The position numbers were made by a program, and so were the translations under genes. From a virus (lineage: Duplodnaviria; Caudoviricetes): DNA of 54,412 nt. Positions 48,607 to 54,412 of the stretch are shown here, piece by piece. Positions within the stretch are counted from its first letter, which is position 1. Every line of letters starts with the position of its first letter. The notes beneath the pieces are model-generated. The model saw only the letters and a list, made by a program, of their open reading frames with translations. It was not told the DNA's origin and searched no databases. The stretch is from positions 1 to 54,412 of IMG/VR virus record IMGVR_UViG_3300025168_000113, one strand, 5' to 3'.

Positions 48607-48798
48607 TTATTGTTTTCTGTAATCGTTAAAATCAATTAGAAACCCTATAAATACAATTATATTGAGCCCTAAGGACGTAGCGATCTCAACTAGATCATTA
48701 TATACATTTAACGATAAATGAATGTGTCCTACAACCCAAAATGGGGTTGCTAAGTTTTCACTTATCCATACTAAAGTAAACTTTATTAATTTATTCAT
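48607..48798 (-). CDS. Small membrane protein
   Basis: 63 aa, two hydrophobic segments. Confidence 0.55.
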   Translation of the reverse strand: MNKLIKFTLVWISENLATPFWVVGHIHLSLNVYNDLVEIATSLGLNIIVFIGFLIDFNDYRKQ

Positions 48799-48949
48799 AA
48801 GTAAGTTCGTGTGGGTATGGGTTTATTTTTATATATTCTAGTATCTCCGCTTCAGTATAAGAATATTGCGGGCATTGTCTACAAGGTACAGCACGTTTAG
48901 TACTACAACTTGCGAATAATGCTATTGTTATTATTAGTATTTGTTTCAT
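48791..48949 (-). CDS. Small lipoprotein (52 aa), not in ORF track
   Basis: MKQILIITIALFAS-C lipobox, then CxxC. Confidence 0.6.
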   Translation of the reverse strand: MKQILIITIALFASCSTKRAVPCRQCPQYSYTEAEILEYIKINPYPHELTYE

Positions 48950-49128
48950 TTTATTAATTCTAAGCCAAGTTCCTTAGCTGCGTAGTTAATATGTTTCTGT
49001 GTAGTAACTGACCACCAACCTAGTTGATGCAGCTCATCTCCTTTTATTGTTGCAACATGCGTGGAGTAACTCCATATTTTATTACCATGCTGTCTTAAAT
49101 TTTCTTTATATTTATTAAATTTTCTCAT
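48946..49128 (-). CDS. Hypothetical protein
   Basis: Start reassigned to MRKFNKY; the 5' extension in the ORF track overlaps a GC-rich structured element. Confidence 0.6.
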   Translation of the reverse strand: MRKFNKYKENLRQHGNKIWSYSTHVATIKGDELHQLGWWSVTTQKHINYAAKELGLELIK

Positions 49129-49245
49129 ACCACGAAAAGCCCGTACCGTGGAAACGCCTCTTTCCACATCTGCATGTGGCATGGGTCGGTCCATTGTACG
49201 AGCTACCGAGTTTCGGTGTGCCGAGTTTCGGTTTGTCCTTCGTGG
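49129..49245 (-). ncRNA. Structured cis-element, copy 2
   Basis: Outer stem CCACGAAG/TTTCGTGG, inner stem GCTCGTAC/GTACGGGC, two CCGA-AAC-TCGG hairpins and GTGGAAA/TTTCCAC. Confidence 0.65.
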
Positions 49246-49259
49246 AAACTAAACTACTA

Positions 49260-49541
49260 CTAATCTAACAACACGTAGTATGCTTCTGGGTTATTCACCC
49301 TAAACCAAGTTAATCCTTTTTGAAATTCATTTATTCTTTTATCATTCATAAGGTTACCTAAGTGACTTGATTGTGATTCAAACACCATTTGACAACCTAT
49401 AATAAAGTCATATATGCTTAGTTCTAGTCCGTTTAATTCATAAGTTTCTCCACTGAAAGGATTTCTTACTTCAGCTCCTTCAGTGTAAATTTGTCCTTGA
49501 AACCATTTAGGCTTCTGCTGTTTCTTCGTCTTCGATTCCAT
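49260..49541 (-). CDS. Hypothetical protein
   Basis: 93-aa ORF. Confidence 0.65.
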   Translation of the reverse strand: MESKTKKQQKPKWFQGQIYTEGAEVRNPFSGETYELNGLELSIYDFIIGCQMVFESQSSHLGNLMNDKRINEFQKGLTWFRVNNPEAYYVLLD

Positions 49542-49935
49542 ATTCTTCTTTTAAATATTCTAATTCTTCCTCTGTAATAATTTCAGCCTGTAAAAAACTG
49601 TTAAAATCATTGCCGTTTACTAGATCGTCAAACATACTGTTTGCTATATAATCTTCAAAGTAACAATCGTTATAAAGCCACTCTTCAATATAGAATGTTT
49701 TATCACCCCATCTAACGTGTTCATTAAATCTTTCTGCAAGATCATGGTCATAATAATATACATCTTCACAAATACTTACGTGACTAGGATTATTAGTTAT
49801 AACAAATAGGTCATAACCATCTGCACTTGATTCATTATAAATAGTACAATCTACATTCTCAAAGTTCATTACGTCATGACTTATGTCTAGATCATAAAAT
49901 TCTTTTACTAGTTCTACTTTTCTTTCATCATCCAT
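49507..49935 (-). CDS. Highly acidic hypothetical protein
   Basis: 142 aa, very D/E/Y-rich. Confidence 0.65.
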   Translation of the reverse strand: MDDERKVELVKEFYDLDISHDVMNFENVDCTIYNESSADGYDLFVITNNPSHVSICEDVYYYDHDLAERFNEHVRWGDKTFYIEEWLYNDCYFEDYIANSMFDDLVNGNDFNSFLQAEIITEEELEYLKEEYGIEDEETAEA

Positions 49936-50275
49936 TGTTTAATTTTTTAATAGCGTATAAAAATAATTTCTTTAATCTAGTTTTTCTAGAGTAAATAAGT
50001 GTTCTGCGTTTAGCACCTTCGTATCTATGTAATTTTCCATCACGTCCAATCACTTGATAAGGTACGTTATAAGTTGGGTTTAGTTGGTAACATCTACCAC
50101 CACCCACGCCTGGTTCTCTATATACATTTCTTCTAATATATCCTGTAATGTGTTCAGATACTACTTGACCTGTCGGTAATTTAAAAGCTGTAGTGCCATT
50201 ACCGCTTTGGCTTTGCGTAGTTACATTCTTACAACCTAGTGCAAGTAACGCGGTTTCATATTGTTTTTCTGTCAT
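49928..50275 (-). CDS. Basic hypothetical protein
   Basis: 115-aa ORF. Confidence 0.6.
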   Translation of the reverse strand: MTEKQYETALLALGCKNVTTQSQSGNGTTAFKLPTGQVVSEHITGYIRRNVYREPGVGGGRCYQLNPTYNVPYQVIGRDGKLHRYEGAKRRTLIYSRKTRLKKLFLYAIKKLNNG

Positions 50276-50276
50276 A

Positions 50277-50516
50277 TTATATGGTTTTAAATAAGTTATC
50301 TCCGTATAGAATATCGCTTTGTGTTACATTTGTACTATTCATATCTAGAAATGCATACATAGTCTTTAATTCTGTTAATGTTAATTCAGAGTATAACCTC
50401 TTTGTTTGTAAATTGTCAAAAATACTTTTAATAGTGTGCTCATATTGTAAATTTTGAGTCTCTAATTTCTTTTTGAGTTCTGGTTTTAATCTTTCGTATA
50501 ATGTTATTCTACTCAT
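50277..50516 (-). CDS. Hypothetical protein
   Basis: 79-aa ORF. Confidence 0.6.
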   Translation of the reverse strand: MSRITLYERLKPELKKKLETQNLQYEHTIKSIFDNLQTKRLYSELTLTELKTMYAFLDMNSTNVTQSDILYGDNLFKTI

Positions 50517-50707
50517 TTTTTACGTTTTAGTGGTTTATAGTTTTTTGCTAGTGTATTCCATATAACCATAAGTCCAGTTATATTGTATACGTAAGACTCT
50601 TTAGGTCCTCTTTCGACTACCATTTTAGCATAGTCAAAAGCTTCCATCAGTGTTTTTCTGTCACCGAACATTGGTTGTGGGTTTAAGGTTTCTTCTCTAT
50701 CTTTCAT
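50513..50707 (-). CDS. Hypothetical protein
   Basis: 64-aa ORF with an ATGA overlap. Confidence 0.55.
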   Translation of the reverse strand: MKDREETLNPQPMFGDRKTLMEAFDYAKMVVERGPKESYVYNITGLMVIWNTLAKNYKPLKRKK

Positions 50708-50928
50708 TATCGTAGCATTGTGCCGTAACCTTTACGACGTGTTAGTTTAGCGATGCGCTTTGCATCTTCGCGTGATAGTATTTCTATACTATTACCGGTT
50801 TTATGGTTTATAATTGGTGCACAACCGTAACGCTCTACTGTAGAACACGCTACGCAGTTGCTGTAACCGTATTTAATTCGTACTGGGTGGATCTCATTGC
50901 CACATTTGCATATTTTTGTATCATTCAT
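50707..50928 (-). CDS. TraR/DksA-like C4 zinc-finger protein
   Basis: CKCGNEIHPVR...CVAC; start reassigned to the ATG 6 nt after the promoter motif. Confidence 0.6.
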   Translation of the reverse strand: MNDTKICKCGNEIHPVRIKYGYSNCVACSTVERYGCAPIINHKTGNSIEILSREDAKRIAKLTRRKGYGTMLR

Positions 50929-50934
50929 ATATAT

Positions 50935-50965
50935 ATTATCTGGCTTCAATCGTATTTAGTTTGTA
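50935..50965 (-). promoter_or_regulatory. Repeated phage promoter motif, copy 2
   Basis: TACAAACTAAATACGA-TTGAAGCC-AGATAAT. Confidence 0.8.
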
Positions 50966-51381
50966 ATATTTTTCATCACTTCAAACATAATCTCTCCATG
51001 GTGTTCATGGTAAAACTCAAAGAATTGATCTTCAAACTCATCCATACCGGCTTCAGTTAAGTAGTTTTGTGATTGGAATACACATCTGTTACCCATTTCT
51101 TCGCATATCATTTCAAATAACACGTCATGAAAGTGGTTAGATACTTTATTTATTATTTCTATCTTAGCTTCTTCTATATAATCACGTTCTATATCACCAT
51201 CGTATTCACTTGGATCATTATTAGCTGCTTCTTCTTGTGCTTTAATGAAACCTGGTGATGGTTGTGCATCAGCACCTTTATGTGGTACGGTATATTCACC
51301 GCCTTGGTCGCTTAGTCTATATTCTTTTGTTTGTCTCAGTGCATTCATCCACACTTCTTTTTTACTTTTTAAATTTGCCAT
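50956..51381 (-). CDS. Acidic hypothetical protein
   Basis: 141-aa ORF. Confidence 0.6.
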   Translation of the reverse strand: MANLKSKKEVWMNALRQTKEYRLSDQGGEYTVPHKGADAQPSPGFIKAQEEAANNDPSEYDGDIERDYIEEAKIEIINKVSNHFHDVLFEMICEEMGNRCVFQSQNYLTEAGMDEFEDQFFEFYHEHHGEIMFEVMKNITN

Positions 51382-51482
51382 TTTTATGTTTGGTTTTACG
51401 GGTGTATTTCTTTTTATTTCTTTCTACTGAAGGCTTCATAGCATCGTATATTTCCTTCATTGTTACTTTAATCTGTTCCATG

Positions 51483-51704
51483 TCACCACCCTAATTCTTC
51501 TTTAGCTTCTGCAGGTAAATATCCCACTTGTCTACCTTCTTCTAGGTAAACCATTTCTTTTTCGTTATCCTCACGATCTTTAACCGTAGTTTGTACTACT
51601 CCATATATAGAGTATTCAAAAGGCCAACTTGGTTGAGATGCAAATCTTACCGTTGCATCTTGATCTGCTAACCTTAATTCTTCTATTAGTTCTCTTACTG
51701 TCAT
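51483..51704 (-). CDS. Hypothetical protein
   Basis: MTVRELIEEL start typical of small phage proteins. Confidence 0.65.
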   Translation of the reverse strand: MTVRELIEELRLADQDATVRFASQPSWPFEYSIYGVVQTTVKDREDNEKEMVYLEEGRQVGYLPAEAKEELGW

Positions 51705-51864
51705 AATTTCTTAGTTAATTTTATTATCAAGTTTTCTACTTCGTTATATTTTGAGAAGTCGTAACCTAAAAAACCCAAGCCATCTCCATAGTAATGATCT
51801 ACTATATCATCAAGCTTGTATTCTAACAAGGTTACTATTAAATCTATATCTTTTTTATTTAATT

Positions 51865-52062
51865 TCATTTAGTTAATTCCATTATTAAATCTTGTATGTG
51901 GTCATATCTTCCATGCCATACAGGGCAAGTTTCACCAAAGTCTTTTTGATATACGTGACAGTCACATTCTTCATGTAACAACCTGACTATCAGCTCGATA
52001 TCCTCGTTGTTTAAGTAAAAGATCTTACTTTCACTACCTGGTCCTAAGTCTATTTTCATCAT
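51865..52062 (-). CDS. Hypothetical protein
   Basis: 65-aa ORF with Cys/His cluster. Confidence 0.5.
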   Translation of the reverse strand: MMKIDLGPGSESKIFYLNNEDIELIVRLLHEECDCHVYQKDFGETCPVWHGRYDHIQDLIMELTK

Positions 52063-52346
52063 ATCAAATCTAGTTTTTTAATTAATTCTTGTGACTTATA
52101 CTTTAACATTTTCTCACTATGGTTAGTTAGTACCATTCTATGTAGTACACTATTTACTCCATGTGTACCTTGTACGTGAAATGATGTAGCGTCTGCTGCT
52201 GCATTTTGCTTGAAGTCATAGAACATAGTTCCACCATATTTATTTGATAGTTTATCAAGATCAGCAATAAATCTATCTACTATTACTCTGCACTCTTCGT
52301 TTACTTTAATCTGAAGTGCTTTTTCTATTGCATTAGTATCTTTCAT
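52059..52346 (-). CDS. Hypothetical protein
   Basis: 95-aa ORF. Confidence 0.6.
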   Translation of the reverse strand: MKDTNAIEKALQIKVNEECRVIVDRFIADLDKLSNKYGGTMFYDFKQNAAADATSFHVQGTHGVNSVLHRMVLTNHSEKMLKYKSQELIKKLDLI

Positions 52347-52514
52347 TTCTTACCTCCTCTTCGCTTTTTCTGAGCCATTTTAAACTCGTTAATTTCTGAT
52401 TTTTTGCCATTGATCTGAAGTTGGCATGTCTTCATTTCCTTCCTCATAGTTCTACTTTGGTAAAACTGATTCCATGAGTATAGGTTTTGCAATTCTTTGA
52501 TTAATTTTTGCATG
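52343..52514 (-). CDS. Hypothetical protein
   Basis: Start reassigned to MQKLIKEL (approximate coordinate); the longer track ORF runs into a tRNA-like structure. Confidence 0.5.
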
Positions 52515-52561
52515 TTACTATATATTTTATAGTTTATAGATTTACCTCGTGTAAATCTTTT

Positions 52562-52677
52562 TGAACGAGAGAGAGGATTCGAACCTCTCATGTCTAGAAC
52601 AGTTCAACTAACCACATAAGATTGCTGATGTGTTAAAGGTATCATCTTAATACCAATTAGTTCTACCTGACCTCGCT
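52562..52677 (-). ncRNA. tRNA-like structured RNA, not a canonical tRNA
   Basis: T-arm GAGAGG-TTCGAAT-CCTCTC stacked on acceptor-like stem AGCGAGG/TCTCGTT; no D arm, anticodon arm or encoded CCA. Confidence 0.55.
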
Positions 52678-52759
52678 TTCCAAGCTAAGCCGTCACTTAG
52701 CTCCACAGTTGTTCTGCTTCTTCAACATCGCCTGTTGCAAGTATCGCAGTCGTGGTTTA

Positions 52760-52960
52760 TTAGTTATAATACGTCGTCCATATCTCATCTTCTTTCAAAG
52801 ACTTAGTCTTTTTACTTAGATCTTTAACTTCTTCTTCACCGATTAATCGTGGAGTACAGAAGTGACCATCGTCCCATGCTACAATAAATGGTGTAACACC
52901 TTGTGGAGTTTCAAACTTAGATCTACACTGTGGACAAATGTATTTTAATTTCTTTTTCAT
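52760..52960 (-). CDS. Small Zn-ribbon protein
   Basis: CPQC...HFC. Confidence 0.55.
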   Translation of the reverse strand: MKKKLKYICPQCRSKFETPQGVTPFIVAWDDGHFCTPRLIGEEEVKDLSKKTKSLKEDEIWTTYYN

Positions 52961-53124
52961 GAGATTATAAAGGTTAGACCTTTGTAGTTAAACCAGTGGT
53001 TATACTCTTCAGGTACGTTATTAATTGTAACTCCTTTATAAGTTCTCTTTTCTACTTGACCGTTAATAATTTTAGTTATTGTTACTTTTTTGCGGTCTGC
53101 TGCGTGTGTTTTTATCGTATTCAT
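52957..53124 (-). CDS. Hypothetical protein (55 aa), not in ORF track
   Basis: MNTIKTHAADRKK...; ATG 6 nt after promoter copy 3, ATGA overlap with the next gene. Confidence 0.6.
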   Translation of the reverse strand: MNTIKTHAADRKKVTITKIINGQVEKRTYKGVTINNVPEEYNHWFNYKGLTFIIS

Positions 53125-53130
53125 ATATAT

Positions 53131-53161
53131 ATTATCTATTAGCGTTCGTGTTTAGTTTGTA
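53131..53161 (-). promoter_or_regulatory. Repeated phage promoter motif, copy 3
   Basis: TACAAACTAAACACGA-ACGCTAAT-AGATAAT. Confidence 0.8.
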
Positions 53162-53288
53162 ATCTATTAAATTCTCTTTTGTAAGCTTCTTGCAAGTATC
53201 CAGGTAAGTTCTTGTACCAGTTGTAAAATTCTCCACCTTTTACTTTCATCATTGCTTTTTTTATGTATGCGTCATCACTTTTACTCAT
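53139..53288 (-). CDS. Hypothetical protein (49 aa), not in ORF track
   Basis: MSKSDDAYIKKAMM...LQTKHER. Confidence 0.5.
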   Translation of the reverse strand: MSKSDDAYIKKAMMKVKGGEFYNWYKNLPGYLQEAYKREFNRLQTKHER

Positions 53289-53592
53289 CTTTCTTTATTA
53301 GTTTAGCTACTTCGTGACCAAAATCTTGATCATTTGGGTATTTATTTCTTAATTCTCGTACTTGCAACCATCTTAGTTTAGCAATTTTTTCTTCTAAGAA
53401 AAAGTTATCTTTATTATCACTCATATATTTCATTCATTAAACTTGTTATTAAATCTTCTTCTGTTTCTCCATCTTCAAGTACACAGTCGATTTCTACAAA
53501 TTCTTTGACCATGTTGTGGACTTCATTCACTGTTCCATAATTACTTGCGAATCTAAAATGATCTATCGTTTCCTTATTCCAATAAAACTCTT

Positions 53593-53796
53593 TCATGCTT
53601 TCAGTATTACTTGAACATAGTCGTAACCTAGTTCATTAGTTTCTTTATTTACTATCCAGTCACCTCGATAGATCTTATCTGCTTGTAGCACTGCGTAAGT
53701 CCACTTCTGATACTCGGTTCCACATCTCTGCTTTTCACCGTAGTATCCTGCCATAATACCTTGTGCTATTTTCTCTATTTTATCTAGTTCACTCAT
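53593..53796 (-). CDS. Hypothetical protein
   Basis: 67-aa ORF. Confidence 0.55.
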   Translation of the reverse strand: MSELDKIEKIAQGIMAGYYGEKQRCGTEYQKWTYAVLQADKIYRGDWIVNKETNELGYDYVQVILKA

Positions 53797-53942
53797 ATTA
53801 TTATTATTACTTAGTTATCCAATTAGTTACTTCTACAATTACCCATATGAAAGCTGGTGTCCATATTGATAAGAATACTATAGCTGATACTATTTTTAGT
53901 ACGTTAGCTAATTTAATTTCGAATGCAGACACTTGATCCCAC

Positions 53943-54215
53943 TTATTTGTTGTTTTTTTCATAGTATTTATTTACTTTGGTTATTAATTCGTTAATTTCT
54001 TCATCAGGAAAGACAGAATACACAAAGCTTACCTGATATTTCACGTACTGCTTATCAAACTCGTGAAAGTCGACACCGTAAGGTGATCGTCTTAGATCTC
54101 TCTTAGTCCAACCATATGGTGATTCTTTTCTGTTAAATATTGCTAGTTTAACATAGTTATCAGCGATCATAGCGTCTAAGTTTTTAGTTGATATTGTTTT
54201 TATTTTGTCATTCAT
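53943..54215 (-). CDS. Hypothetical protein
   Basis: 90-aa ORF starting 6 nt after promoter copy 4. Confidence 0.65.
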   Translation of the reverse strand: MNDKIKTISTKNLDAMIADNYVKLAIFNRKESPYGWTKRDLRRSPYGVDFHEFDKQYVKYQVSFVYSVFPDEEINELITKVNKYYEKNNK

Positions 54216-54221
54216 GTTTAT

Positions 54222-54252
54222 ATTATCTTTCTAGTATCGTATTTAGTTTGTA
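54222..54252 (-). promoter_or_regulatory. Repeated phage promoter motif, copy 4
   Basis: TACAAACTAAATACGA-TACTAGAA-AGATAAT. Confidence 0.8.
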
Positions 54253-54402
54253 TTTCAGTGCATTTATATAAGTTTCGCCATAGTACTCTAATGGTTCTAC
54301 TTCAAACCTACCTGTTTCATCATAGAATCTGTTAGTAATCCACACACCTTCGTGTTCAAATTGCAGAAATACTTCTACAAAAGGATTTTCTTGTCTATTC
54401 AT
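54223..54402 (-). CDS. Hypothetical protein (59 aa), not in ORF track
   Basis: MNRQENPFVEVFLQF...KYKLNTILER. Confidence 0.5.
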   Translation of the reverse strand: MNRQENPFVEVFLQFEHEGVWITNRFYDETGRFEVEPLEYYGETYINALKYKLNTILER

Positions 54403-54412
54403 TATTTGATTT

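Noticed and set aside
49129-49194. N-terminal extension MDRPMPHADV... of track ORF 48946-49194
   Set aside because: It overlaps a GC-rich structured element whose homolog ends at the ATG equivalent to 49128.
39941-51494. + strand track ORFs within the - strand arm
   Set aside because: Antisense shadows of the real genes with no independent support.
52562-52677. Canonical tRNA or full tmRNA
   Set aside because: No D arm, 7-nt anticodon loop or CCA; too short for tmRNA and no tag reading frame. Kept as a tRNA-like ncRNA.
48576-54252. CRISPR array from the TACAAACTAAATACGA repeats
   Set aside because: Copies are 1-2.4 kb apart with genes between them, and no cas genes are present.
1-54412. 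Stop-codon reassignment as seen in some crAss-like phages
   Set aside because: Long genes are intact in the standard code, and TAG and TGA end genes at sensible places, such as TAG at 13358-13360 before a terminator.
1-54412. Prophage or lysogeny module
   Set aside because: No integrase, repressor pair or flanking host genes are recognisable in the window.

Overview
This window is most of an AT-rich, apparently lytic, podovirus-like tailed phage genome. The host is probably a marine Flavobacteriia/Bacteroidota species, inferred from A-rich start contexts without Shine-Dalgarno sites, a unimolecular-spanin-like gene and a T9SS-type cargo gene. The + strand (1-36066) carries lysis membrane genes, a head-spike/LamG module, a GroES-like chaperonin, terminase, portal, scaffold, major capsid, tail/nozzle proteins, ejection proteins and a 3332-aa multidomain protein. 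The - strand (36168-54412) carries class II RNR, an endonuclease, MazG-like enzymes, a thymidylate-synthase-family enzyme with the dCMP-specific Asp, primase-helicase, SSB, exonuclease, ERF recombinase, a sigma-70 factor, a pyrimidine-dimer glycosylase, DNA ligase and many small early ORFs. The arms converge on a bidirectional terminator at about 36.1 kb. No DNA polymerase, integrase or endolysin is recognisable in the window. Main observations: (1) a promoter-like motif repeated four times, each exactly 6 nt before ATG-AAT, suggesting leaderless mRNAs; (2) two homologous structured RNA leaders with compensatory base changes abutting start codons; (3) a tRNA-like non-tRNA with a T-arm; (4) a probable cytosine-modification pathway; (5) a phage-encoded T9SS substrate. 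All calls come from reading motifs by eye; no searches or folding programs were run.
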